Source of the DNA: Polyangiales bacterium
GTDB taxonomy: Bacteria > Myxococcota_A > Polyangia > Polyangiales > Polyangiaceae
Assembly: GCA_038231275.1 (NCBI GenBank)
Contig: JBBRLQ010000003.1
Span: 484,800 to 548,799, forward strand
DNA length: 64,000 nucleotides
Direction of reading: 5' to 3'
Shown here one piece after another: positions 17,648-26,635 of this stretch; within the stretch, counting starts at the first letter, position 1, and the number at the start of each line of letters is the position of its first letter. A program made the translations under genes and the position numbers. Below the pieces are notes generated by a model, which was not told the origin of the DNA, searched no databases, and saw only the letters and a program-made list of their open reading frames with translations.

Positions 17648-19756
17648 ATGACCTCGCTCGATCCAGCGCACCTCGATGCCCTGCTCGCGGAGCACATCAA
17701 GGATCTGCGCGTCATCACGGATCTCCGCGTCCTCCTGACGCGGATGGCCAACATCCCGCCGAATCATGCCGAGCGCTCGGCGTGGCTCGAGGACCTCGGG
17801 AGCTGGCTCCACGGCACTCACGGAACCTTCTTCAGCGGCACTTCGGACGACGCGAGGACGAATCGGCTCCGCGGCTTCGTCCTCGCGCTCGCTTCGGTCG
17901 CCGTGTTTCGCGAGAGCTTCGCGACGCTCCTGACCGCAGTCGTCAGCGAGCTGCGAGGCACCAAGCTCTTCGCCGACGTCGGCATCCCCGTGGAGTCTGG
18001 TTTCTGGCGTGAAGCGAGCGACCGGATCTCACGCAGCCTCCTGCCGACGCCGCCCGCGCCCAAGAGCTTCGCGGAGTTCATCGCGCATCTCTTCCCGACG
18101 GTCGCCGAGGCGCGATGGCTCGAGCGATGCCCTACGGAGCTTTGGAAAGAGCTCTGGTCCATCCTCGAGAAGACGGAGGCACCGCTCTCGATGGCGTGGA
18201 AGCCGCTCTCCGGCTCGATGTCCGATGCGATGCGGATCCTCGCCGCGCGGATCGCAGCTCTCGGCGTCGCACAGGACTTTCGCGATCGACTCCCTGGTAT
18301 GTCCGTCGCGAGCCTCCCCTTCCTACGATTGCCACAACTGTGCGAAGCCGTGCAGCTCGGCCCGCCCCGACTCTCGATGAGCAACGAGGGCGCGTTGTCG
18401 ATGATCGACGAGTGCCGCGACGCGCTTCGCCAGGTCCGTGCCCACCTCGAAGAGTTCGGCGTCAGCGTCGACCTCGTCTATCGCATCGAGCTCATGACCG
18501 CGCAGCTCGCTCGGCTCGAGCAGCTCGTCGAGCTCATCGTGCCGAGCACCATCGACACACTGGCGCGCAACCTCGGGCGATTCGCGCTGAGCCTCGTTCA
18601 GGCCCAATTCAAGGGCCGCAGCGTTCTCGAGCTCTTGAGAACGAGCTCGCATCTGCTCGCACGAAAAATCGTGGAGCGAAGCGGCAAGACTGGCGAGCAC
18701 TACATCACGGAGACATCGCGTGAATGGCGCATGATGCTGCTCTCCGCCGCGGGCGGGGGCTTCCTCACCGCATTCACCGCCGCCATCAAGCTCTTGACGG
18801 CGGAGCTCGCTCTTCCGATCTTCTTCGCCAGCGCGCTCGCTTGCGTGAACTACGCCGGAAGCTTTCTCCTCATGGGCGCGGTCGGCTTCACGCTTGCGAC
18901 CAAGCAGCCGTCGATGACCGCCGCAGCGCTGGCTGCGTCGCTGGAGTCTGAGAGTGGTCGTGCCGCGGGCAACGCGCAGGCCCGCTCCGTCGAGAAGCTG
19001 GTGACGTTGATCGCGCAGATCTCTCGGTCGCAGCTCGCCGCCGCGATCGGAAATGTCGGAATCGTGATCCCGACCGCGGTCGCCTTCGACTTCCTCTGGC
19101 GCCGCGTCACCGGTCATCCATTTCTCGGTGCGGAAAAGGCGGCGCACGTCATCGAGTCGCTGCATCCGCTGCATAGCGGCACCATCCCGTACGCGGCGCT
19201 GACGGGCGTTCTCCTCTGGCTCTCGAGCCTCGGTGCGGGCTGGTTCGAGAACTGGATCGCATATCGCCGCCTCCCCGAGGCGCTCGCCGAGCATCGTCGT
19301 CTAAAGCGACTTCTCGGTCCCGAACGCGCAAAGCGCTTCGCCCACGCGGTGGGCACCGGCGCGGCATCGGTTGGGGGAAGTGTGACCCTGGGCTGCCTGC
19401 TCGGGATCGTGCCGACGCTTGGTGTCCTCTTCGGTCTCCCGCTGAATGTGCGACACGTGACCCTCTCGACGGGCTCGCTCGCGTTCGCGGGAAGCGCGCT
19501 CGGTGCCGAGGCGATCACCCAAACCGGCTACCTCATGGCGATCGCTGGAATCGTCCTGATCGGATCGCTCAACTTCGGGGTGAGCTTCGTGCTGGCCCTC
19601 GGCGTTGCGCTTCGCGCGAGCGAGCGCTGGCGCCTCGGAACCACTACGTTCGTGCGCGATCTGACGACGGCGCTGGCCAAGCGAATTTTTCGCGATCCGC
19701 TCGAGTTCCTCCTTCCGCCGCGACCGCCGCCGAGGGCGAAGGAGGACGCCCCTTGA
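17648..19756 (+). CDS. Gcr-like 'site-specific recombinase' family membrane protein (function uncertain)
   Basis: GVSVDLVY, TGEHYIT, AAGGG, TLATKQPSMTA and RHVTLSTG motifs; multiple TM helices. Confidence 0.8.
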   Translation: MTSLDPAHLDALLAEHIKDLRVITDLRVLLTRMANIPPNHAERSAWLEDLGSWLHGTHGTFFSGTSDDARTNRLRGFVLALASVAVFRESFATLLTAVVSELRGTKLFADVGIPVESGFWREASDRISRSLLPTPPAPKSFAEFIAHLFPTVAEARWLERCPTELWKELWSILEKTEAPLSMAWKPLSGSMSDAMRILAARIAALGVAQDFRDRLPGMSVASLPFLRLPQLCEAVQLGPPRLSMSNEGALSMIDECRDALRQVRAHLEEFGVSVDLVYRIELMTAQLARLEQLVELIVPSTIDTLARNLGRFALSLVQAQFKGRSVLELLRTSSHLLARKIVERSGKTGEHYITETSREWRMMLLSAAGGGFLTAFTAAIKLLTAELALPIFFASALACVNYAGSFLLMGAVGFTLATKQPSMTAAALAASLESESGRAAGNAQARSVEKLVTLIAQISRSQLAAAIGNVGIVIPTAVAFDFLWRRVTGHPFLGAEKAAHVIESLHPLHSGTIPYAALTGVLLWLSSLGAGWFENWIAYRRLPEALAEHRRLKRLLGPERAKRFAHAVGTGAASVGGSVTLGCLLGIVPTLGVLFGLPLNVRHVTLSTGSLAFAGSALGAEAITQTGYLMAIAGIVLIGSLNFGVSFVLALGVALRASERWRLGTTTFVRDLTTALAKRIFRDPLEFLLPPRPPPRAKEDAP

Positions 19757-19873
19757 AGCGCGCTGAATTTGGAGAAGACCGGCCGGCCTGCAAACGTCTT
19801 CCGTCTCAACCGTGCCGCCGAGCTTGCGGAGCGTGCTCTCCTTCCAGCTCTGTCCATCGGGTAAGATCGCAAC

Positions 19874-20749
19874 ATGATCATCGTCACGGGCGGCTCCGGC
19901 CAGCTTGGGCACGCCATTCTCGAAGCCCTTCTTCAGCGTGTGGATCCGGCTCAGGTCGGCGTAAGTGTCCGCGACCCTACCAAGGTCGAGGATCTCTCCA
20001 AGCGGGGCGTGCGCGTCCGCCAAGCCGACTTCAATGATGCGAACAGTCTGCGCTTCGCTTTCGAGGGCGCGTCGCAGGTCCTTCTCGTGTCGTCCAACGC
20101 TGCTGCCGGGGGCGGCGACCCGATTCCCCAGCACCGCACCGCGATAGCAGCCGCCCGCGACGCTGGCGCTCGGCGGATCCTCTACACGAGCCACCAGGCT
20201 GCGAGTCCTGAGTCCGCATTCAGTCCTGCGCGCGATCACGCCACGACCGAGGCCCTTCTCGAAGCCGCGAAGATGCCCTTTACCTCCCTGCGCAACGGTT
20301 TTTACGCGACAACGGTGGGCCGTCTACTCGGCAATGCGCTGGAGACCGGTGAGCTGAAGGCGCCCGCCGACGGCAAAGTGTCCTGGACGACGCCCGCTGA
20401 CCTCGCCGAGGCGGCCGCGGTCATCCTCTCTTCTGAGGGGCAGTTCGACGGGCCGGTAACGCTGACCGCCTCGGAGGCGCTCGACCTTGCCGATATCGCC
20501 ACGATCGCATCCGACGTGACGGGCCGCGCCATCAAGCGCGTGACCGTCTCCGACGAGGAGTACAGCGCGTCCCTGGTTGCGCGCGGCGTCCCTGCTGGCG
20601 GCGCGAAAATTTTGCTCTCGATCCACACCGCGAGCCGAGCGGGGGAGTTTTCCATGGTCGATCCGACGCTCGAGAAGCTCCTGGGACGCAAACCGATGAC
20701 CGTGCGCGAAGTGCTCGCCGGCGCCGGACGAACGCGGACAGAATCCTGA
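19874..20749 (+). CDS. NmrA-like/atypical SDR NAD(P)H oxidoreductase (QorB/YtfG-like)
   Basis: MIIVTGGSGQLG Rossmann motif; YTS; DHATTE; LRNGFY; DLAEAAA. Confidence 0.85.
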   Translation: MIIVTGGSGQLGHAILEALLQRVDPAQVGVSVRDPTKVEDLSKRGVRVRQADFNDANSLRFAFEGASQVLLVSSNAAAGGGDPIPQHRTAIAAARDAGARRILYTSHQAASPESAFSPARDHATTEALLEAAKMPFTSLRNGFYATTVGRLLGNALETGELKAPADGKVSWTTPADLAEAAAVILSSEGQFDGPVTLTASEALDLADIATIASDVTGRAIKRVTVSDEEYSASLVARGVPAGGAKILLSIHTASRAGEFSMVDPTLEKLLGRKPMTVREVLAGAGRTRTES

Positions 20750-20840
20750 TCGCCCGTTGCCGGCGCGTGAGGTCGAACCCGCGAAGCGCGCTCGACGCGA
20801 GGTGACCGAACACCACCGACGCACCTGTTAGAATCCTCCC

Positions 20841-21263
20841 GTGCGCTCCCAACCCCTCATCAACTGCCGCGACGTTCAGGCCTCCAGCCGCTGGTACCAA
20901 CGCCTCCTCGGGTGCGTGGGCGGTCACGGAGGGGCCGAGTACGAACGGCTCTGGGATCCGACCCGTCACACCAGCAAGTGGGGCTCCGACGGCATGATCA
21001 TGCAGCTGCACGCGTGGGAGGTCGATCACCACCACGGACCCATGGGCGACCCCACGCGCGACGTCGGCAACGGCATGCTGTTGTGGTTCGAGGTCGACGA
21101 CTTCGACGCCGCAGTGGCGCGTGCACGCGAGCTCGAGGCGCCCATTTTGCTCGACGTGCACCGCAATCCGAACGCAAACCACCGCGAGCTCTGGGTCCGC
21201 GATCCGAACGGCTATACCGTGGTCATCGCGTCGCCCGACGGGGAGGCGGAGGAGGGTGCGTAG
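20841..21263 (+). CDS. VOC/glyoxalase family protein
   Basis: DVQASSRWYQRLLG; LWFEVDDFDAAV; RELWVRDPNGY. Confidence 0.85.
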   Translation: MRSQPLINCRDVQASSRWYQRLLGCVGGHGGAEYERLWDPTRHTSKWGSDGMIMQLHAWEVDHHHGPMGDPTRDVGNGMLLWFEVDDFDAAVARARELEAPILLDVHRNPNANHRELWVRDPNGYTVVIASPDGEAEEGA

Positions 21264-21313
21264 CACCGCTGGCAGTCGCGACACGAAAGAGGATGCGATC
21301 TCATCGGAGATGG

Positions 21314-21580
21314 TCAGCGCCTCCCGAAGCCCAGCCACGCCGGCATGGGCACGCGCTGCGGGCCCTCGCCGAATCGCGTGCGGAGCGCATCGACGATCGC
21401 TGCCGCAGCGCTTGGCCACTCCGTCCCCATCCTCGAGCGAAAGAGCCCGATAGGCGCGGAGCTGCGCGAGAACGACGTCCACATGGCGTCAAGAGACGCG
21501 AAGTGCGCCGCGTGGTCGAGGCGCTCGACGGAGACGTCTCGAAAGCCCGCAGCGCCGAGCTCCTCCGCGAAGACCATCGG
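21314..21580 (-). pseudogene. C-terminal remnant of a class I SAM-dependent methyltransferase
   Basis: FAEELGAAGFRDVSVE...FASLDAMW...PAWLGFGRR; no GxGxG N-terminal part upstream. Confidence 0.5.
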
Positions 21581-21883
21581 CTCCGCGGCATCGGGTTCAT
21601 CGGTCTCCAAGGGGGTGGGGGCAACGCGTGGAGTCGGCGTGCTCGATGCTCGGCACCGCGTTCGAGTTCCTCGTTGCCCCACGGCCGACCCCGAAAGGCG
21701 AAGGAGGACCGCTGACCACTTCTGCTCGGCCGTTCTCATCTTTCGAGAGAATGCCCACGATCCAACTGGAACATCGTCCTATCCCTGATGCAGGCGGCAG
21801 GTCTGGTGGTGTGGGACAAGGCAGCTGGAGTTTAGGGCACGTAGTGAACCAATCGGGTTCCGGCCTTGGGATACGCTCCGACG

Positions 21884-23866
21884 ATGGGGGGTGCGGTGCC
21901 GTCCAACGATCGTCGCGTGCGCGTTAGGCCGATCCTACGCTTGTTGCTCGCCGATCTCGCCGTGCTGCTGTGCCTGACGATTGGCCCGCTGGGGGCCGTC
22001 TCGCTTTGGGGCTACGCGCGCGCCATGGACGACACCGCGCACGCGAAGGCCCATGAGAGCCTGCGCCACATGGCGAGCGACCTGCACGAGCACGTGAGCC
22101 GGCATCAGCGCACCGCGGATGCGGCCGCGCGCCTCTGCGTGCTCGACGGGGGCGACGGATGCCGGAGCGAAGCGATGCACGCAACGCTCGCGGCGCTCGC
22201 GCCGAAGGAGAGCAGCTTTCGCTCGCTGGGGCTCGCGATGGGGGACGGCTGGATCCTCGACATCGCGCCGGTTGCCGAGGGCTTCATGACGGAGGAGTGC
22301 CGCCGCGATGGGACCAAGACGCTGACCAACACGCTGACCAAGACGCTGTGCCGAGACATCCTCTGGTCCCCTGCGCGCGAGCGGCTCGTGTCGCACGGGG
22401 AGGCGGAGACGGAGCGGCCGGACATTCGCGAGCGCCTTTGGTATCGGGATGCGCTGCTCCGCACCGACGGGCGTTGGGGCGCCCCGTTCCTGCAAAAGGC
22501 CGACGGCGCGCTCATCAACCGCTACCGCATGACCTACGCGCGGAAGGTCGAGGCACACGAAGCGCCCGCGCTCGCGGGAGCCGTGGTCGAGAGCGCGCTC
22601 TCGCTCGACCAGCTCCTCTCGGACATCCGCGCGATGCAACCGTCGCCGGGAACGTTGACGCTCATCACCGACGCCGAGAGCCGCCCGATCCTTCTGCCGC
22701 CGCTACCTGAGTTTCGGGGGATAGAGGCGACACCGATTGGTCGCCCGATCGGGCCGGACTTTCTCCCACTCGCCGACCGTGTCGTCGCGGGCGCTGCGAA
22801 GGAGGGTCAGCTTTCGATCGCCGGGGCGGACTACTACCTCACGAGCCTGCGCTTCGATGGCGAGCCAGGGATCGACTGGACGATCTCGATGGGAATCCCC
22901 GCGAGCGAGCTCCTCGTCGGTCCCCGACGCGTCGCCTGGATCATGTTCGGTGTCGCCTCCCTCGTCGTCCTCCTCGTCCTTTGGCGCGCCGTCGCGCTCG
23001 CGCGGCGTTTCAGCGCGCCATTGCTCGCCCTCGCCGCATCGACCGAACGAATGACCGACGGCGATGCGATCGAAGTTCCCAAGACCGACATCGCCGAGGT
23101 CGACGCCCTCGGCGCCCGCTTCCTCGAAGCGTCTGCCGCCGTCCGCGAACGCGCGCAGTTCGAAGCGGAACGTCGCCACACTCAGCGCATGGCTACGATT
23201 GGTACGCTCGCCGGCGGCGTCGTGCACGACATCAACAACCAGCTCACGGTGCTCCTCGGCGCGCTCTCGCTCGCGCGAACCGGCGACGAGAACGCGGAGC
23301 TCGACGTGGCCGAGTCCGCAGCGTCGGCGTGCGCCGAGCTGACGCGAGGGCTCTTGGCGTTCTCGCGCGGGGGCTCGGCGATCGGGCGCACGCCGATCGA
23401 CGTCAACGAGCTTGTCCGCAAGACGGCGCAGCTCCTTGGCGCCACGCTCCGGACCTCCGGGGTCGACGTCGCCGTCGAGCTTGCGGCGTCGCCGTCGAGC
23501 ACCGTGGGCGATCGTGTCCTGCTCGAGCAGGTCCTCCTGAACCTTGCGCTGAACGCTCGCGACGCCATGCCCAAAGGGGGGCGGCTCGTGCTGGCGACGT
23601 CTCGCCGCGGCGTGGGTGAGGTCGTCGTTTCCGTCACCGACACCGGCGTCGGAATCGCGCCCGAAATTCAGGCCAAAATTTTCGACGCCTTCTTCACGAC
23701 GAAGGAAACAGGCAAGGGCACGGGGCTTGGGCTATCGATCGCACACGGCATCGTCAGCGCACACGGCGGTAAGGTCGAAATCGACAGCACCCCCTGCAAA
23801 GGCAGCACGTTCACGGTGGTATTGCCGGCCGCGCCGATCGCTGCGCCGCGCCCTACTGCAACCTGA
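21884..23866 (+). CDS. Membrane sensor histidine kinase (Cache-like, HAMP, HisKA, HATPase)
   Basis: Two TMs; DIRERLWY (Cache RxWY); LAGGVVHDINN; NLALNARDAM; DTGVGI; FFTTKETGKGTGLGL; start uncertain. Confidence 0.9.
   Translation: MGGAVPSNDRRVRVRPILRLLLADLAVLLCLTIGPLGAVSLWGYARAMDDTAHAKAHESLRHMASDLHEHVSRHQRTADAAARLCVLDGGDGCRSEAMHATLAALAPKESSFRSLGLAMGDGWILDIAPVAEGFMTEECRRDGTKTLTNTLTKTLCRDILWSPARERLVSHGEAETERPDIRERLWYRDALLRTDGRWGAPFLQKADGALINRYRMTYARKVEAHEAPALAGAVVESALSLDQLLSDIRAMQPSPGTLTLITDAESRPILLPPLPEFRGIEATPIGRPIGPDFLPLADRVVAGAAKEGQLSIAGADYYLTSLRFDGEPGIDWTISMGIPASELLVGPRRVAWIMFGVASLVVLLVLWRAVALARRFSAPLLALAASTERMTDGDAIEVPKTDIAEVDALGARFLEASAAVRERAQFEAERRHTQRMATIGTLAGGVVHDINNQLTVLLGALSLARTGDENAELDVAESAASACAELTRGLLAFSRGGSAIGRTPIDVNELVRKTAQLLGATLRTSGVDVAVELAASPSSTVGDRVLLEQVLLNLALNARDAMPKGGRLVLATSRRGVGEVVVSVTDTGVGIAPEIQAKIFDAFFTTKETGKGTGLGLSIAHGIVSAHGGKVEIDSTPCKGSTFTVVLPAAPIAAPRPTAT
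22313..22348 (+). repeat. In-frame 3 x 12 bp tandem repeat
   Basis: ACCAAGACGCTG ACCAACACGCTG ACCAAGACGCTG (TKTL TNTL TKTL). Confidence 0.9.
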
Positions 23867-23890
23867 GCACGGGTTAGACGCGCCGGTACC

Positions 23891-24130
23891 CTACCGCTTC
23901 GACTTCGCCCCGACGGCGGGCGCGAACTTCGCCACCGAGTCGCGGATGCGATTCGCCGCGCCGATCGCCTCCGCCAGCGCCTTGTGGACACCGGCCAGGG
24001 TCTGGTCGTCGACCGCGCGCGCCTCGAGCTCCTCCTGCGCGAACGTCAGGTTCGCGACGAGCACAGTGAGCGGGTTGTTGATCGCGTGGGCGAGCGCCAC
24101 CCTCGCGATACGATCCTCCGCCTTCGCCAT
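23891..24130 (-). CDS. Stand-alone HisKA/DHp-like small protein (79 aa)
   Basis: ALAHAINNPLTVLVANL...GAANRIRDSV; RBS GAGGG before the ATG; no CA domain. Confidence 0.65.
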   Translation of the reverse strand: MAKAEDRIARVALAHAINNPLTVLVANLTFAQEELEARAVDDQTLAGVHKALAEAIGAANRIRDSVAKFAPAVGAKSKR

Positions 24131-24228
24131 TCCCTCTGTCACTATCTGGAAATTCGGCGATAAATAACGGCGTATCGTCCTCAATTTCAAAACTTATCCG
24201 GATCGCGGCCGTGGCCGTTGCTCTCTTC

Positions 24229-24537
24229 ATGAGGGCAGAAGACCCGCAGTTCCTGGTCTTGCTCGCGTCGATCGCGGCGAACGTGCGCGGCCTTAGGGCG
24301 CGCCGCAGCCTCACCCAAGAGGCGCTGGCCCAGCGCGCCGATCAAGATCTCGCGTACGTGCAGCGCGTCGAGCGGGCGGCAACGAACCTCAGCGTCCGCG
24401 TGCTCTTCGCCCTCGCGCGCGCGCTCGGTGTCGCGCCGGGGCAGCTCCTCCGTCCTCGCGCGCTGCCTCCCTCGCGACGCGGCCGGCCGGCGAAGAGAAG
24501 CGCCGCTACTGTCCGACGAGGCCGCCCGCAAGAGTGA
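24229..24537 (+). CDS. XRE-family HTH regulator
   Basis: NVRGLRARRSLTQEALA...YVQRVERAATNLSVRVLFALARALGV. Confidence 0.85.
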   Translation: MRAEDPQFLVLLASIAANVRGLRARRSLTQEALAQRADQDLAYVQRVERAATNLSVRVLFALARALGVAPGQLLRPRALPPSRRGRPAKRSAATVRRGRPQE

Positions 24538-24549
24538 CGCCCTTTGTAG

Positions 24550-24584
24550 TTGACGTATTGGTTAAATAACCTATACGTTAAATA
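24550..24584 (+). promoter_or_regulatory. ArsR operon promoter/operator
   Basis: TTGACG -35; AT-rich; GTTAAATA twice (24561, 24577) plus inverted TAAC/GTTA; abuts the ATG. Confidence 0.6.
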
Positions 24585-24958
24585 TGACGTCGCCCGCGAA
24601 TCTCGACGAGATCTTCGGCGCCCTCGCAGACCCCACGCGTCGCGCGATCGTGGCGCGGCTCGCCGGCGGGGAGGCCACGGTTCTCGAGCTCGCCGCGCCG
24701 TTCGACATCAGCCTCCCGGCGATCTCGCGGCACCTCAAGGTGCTCGAGAACGCGGGGCTCATCTCGCGCGGACGCGACGCGCAGAGACGGCCGTGCCGGC
24801 TCGAGGCGGACGCGCTCGACGAGATCAACCGATGGACGCAGCACACGAAGCGCGCGTGGGAGCAGCGCTTCGACGAGCTCGACGAGTACTTGAAGAAGCA
24901 ACAGCCGACCCCACCCAAGAAAGAAGAGAAGAAGAGCCATGGTCGCAAAAAGCCCTGA
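24584..24958 (+). CDS. ArsR/SmtB family transcriptional regulator
   Basis: FGALADPTRRAIVARL...ISLPAISRHLKVLENAGLISRGRDAQRRPC. Confidence 0.9.
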   Translation: MTSPANLDEIFGALADPTRRAIVARLAGGEATVLELAAPFDISLPAISRHLKVLENAGLISRGRDAQRRPCRLEADALDEINRWTQHTKRAWEQRFDELDEYLKKQQPTPPKKEEKKSHGRKKP

Positions 24959-25445
24959 CACGACGTGGTCGCTGGATCGCGAGATCGTCCTGTCGCGCGT
25001 GTTCGAGGCGCCGCGTGCGCTCGTCTACGACGCGTGGACGCAGCCCGAGCACCTCACGAAGTGGTTCTGTCCGAAGGGCTTCACGACGACGACGCGCGAG
25101 ATCGACGCACGCGTCGGCGGGAAGTGGCGCTTCGACATGGTCGCCAACGATGGCAACATGATGAAGGTGCCAACCGGCACGATCTTCGGCAATCGCATCG
25201 TGTTCCTCGAGATGCGCGCGCCCGAGCTGCTCGTGTTCGATCACGGCCAGGACAAGGACGACGACGAGACGCGCTTCCGCGTGACCGTCACGTTCGACGA
25301 GCAGGCCGACAAGAAGACGGTCGTGACGATGCGTCAGCTCCACCCCACCAAGGAGCAGCGCGCAGCCGGCATCGGCTTCGGCGCGGTCGAGATCGGCTAC
25401 ACGACGATCGACAGCCTCGCCGACTACCTGCGCAAGATCCGCTGA
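24939..25445 (+). CDS. SRPBCC (AHSA1/START-like) domain protein
   Basis: DREIVLSRVFEAPRALVYDAWT.PEHL.KW; DARVGGKWRF; typical ArsR-SRPBCC pair. Confidence 0.9.
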   Translation: MVAKSPDTTWSLDREIVLSRVFEAPRALVYDAWTQPEHLTKWFCPKGFTTTTREIDARVGGKWRFDMVANDGNMMKVPTGTIFGNRIVFLEMRAPELLVFDHGQDKDDDETRFRVTVTFDEQADKKTVVTMRQLHPTKEQRAAGIGFGAVEIGYTTIDSLADYLRKIR

Positions 25446-25453
25446 GCGCGCGC

Positions 25454-25903
25454 TCACTCCCCGAAGCTCGACGCTCCGGCGGCCCCCGCGACAAAGGAAG
25501 CTTCGTTCGATTCGAGGTCCCATGGCTCCGACCCGTCGGGCGGCTGCTGGTACGACGTGAAGCGGACGATGTAGCGACGCCGTTCGGGAGGGAACGCGTA
25601 GAAGCGGTCGAGCTGGATCGACGTCTCGATCGACTCGCCCGGCCCGAGGCGCACGAAACCCTCCGGACCGGGAGGCCCTCGCTTCACGAGCGGCCCGGTG
25701 TAACCGACCCTGGGCCCGCCCGCCGGCGTGATCGCGAAGAGGTCGTTCTCGAGCGCGCCGTCGAGGGCCGCTTGCGAGCGGTCGACGAAGATCGGGGCTG
25801 CCGAACGGTTCACGATCGAAATCGTCGCGCGAACGCCGGCGTCGGTCGCGATCGACAGCGTCGCGCACGCGCTGGGGGCCATGGCACGGGGTGCGTCCGT
25901 CAT
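25454..25903 (-). CDS. Stand-alone M35 propeptide-like protein; putative protease inhibitor/immunity protein
   Basis: LENDLF.I...VGYTGPLVKRGPPGPEGFVRLGPGESIETSIQLDRFYAF...LESN resembles the M35 prodomain; ATGA overlap with the protease stop. Confidence 0.65.
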   Translation of the reverse strand: MTDAPRAMAPSACATLSIATDAGVRATISIVNRSAAPIFVDRSQAALDGALENDLFAITPAGGPRVGYTGPLVKRGPPGPEGFVRLGPGESIETSIQLDRFYAFPPERRRYIVRFTSYQQPPDGSEPWDLESNEASFVAGAAGASSFGE

Positions 25904-26631
25904 TTGGCGTTCTCGATGTAGTACTCGAAGTTGTCGGCGTTGGTGATGGCGTCCTCGGGCCTCGTCTTGGCGAGCCGCAAGGCGTTCTCGATGCCGTACC
26001 CCTTGTCGCCCGTCGCGCCTATGTCGTTGAAGTGGGACATCTCGTGGGCCAAGGTTCCGGCCTTCGAGTCCTTTCCGATCGACGCGGCCTTCTTGAACAT
26101 GTCGCCCAGGAAGATCGTGTGGCGCTGGTCGCCCGGGTGGACGTACGCGAACAAGTTCGAGTCGGGGTTGGTCGAGTCTCGGAAGTGGCTGAACGTCGGA
26201 TCGTCGGTCAGCTCCTTGTTGAGCGCCAGCTCGTGCTCGACGCGGGCCTGGATGATCGCGCGGCGCGGCTCGGTCGGCGGTCCGAAGAAGCGCGCGAAGT
26301 TGGCCTTCGCGAGGACGTCCCAGCGCGCGAGCTCCGCTTTCTTCTCGAGCAAGAGGGCCCGCTCGTCGCCCAGCGCCTGCTTGAGCGCGGCGTGGTGCGC
26401 GGCCACCCACGGGGAAGGCGGCGTCGGCAGCTCGATGTCTCCTGTCTTGAAGGCGGGGCCGAGCCCCCGGCTCGCAGCCCCCAAGAGCGCGCCGATCGCG
26501 CCGATCGAGCTGCGAAAGAGATCGACGGATGGCGCGGCGCGGGGACCCCGCAGCACGCCGGGGCCGATGTGCACCCCGCGGTTGCCGACGTGGACGAAGG
26601 CGGCCGCGTTCTTCAGGGCGGCGACGCTCAC
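25900..26631 (-). CDS. M35 (aspzincin, peptidyl-Lys-type) zinc metalloendopeptidase
   Basis: FAYVHP, DSKAGTLAHEMSHF (HExxH), GATGDKGYG (GTxDxxYG-like), NADNFEYY; no signal peptide. Confidence 0.85.
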   Translation of the reverse strand: MSVAALKNAAAFVHVGNRGVHIGPGVLRGPRAAPSVDLFRSSIGAIGALLGAASRGLGPAFKTGDIELPTPPSPWVAAHHAALKQALGDERALLLEKKAELARWDVLAKANFARFFGPPTEPRRAIIQARVEHELALNKELTDDPTFSHFRDSTNPDSNLFAYVHPGDQRHTIFLGDMFKKAASIGKDSKAGTLAHEMSHFNDIGATGDKGYGIENALRLAKTRPEDAITNADNFEYYIENAK

Positions 26632-26635
26632 CCCG

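Noticed and set aside
17648-19756. Treating the Gcr-like gene as the integrase of a mobile element
   Set aside because: It is a polytopic membrane protein with no recombinase catalytic motifs.
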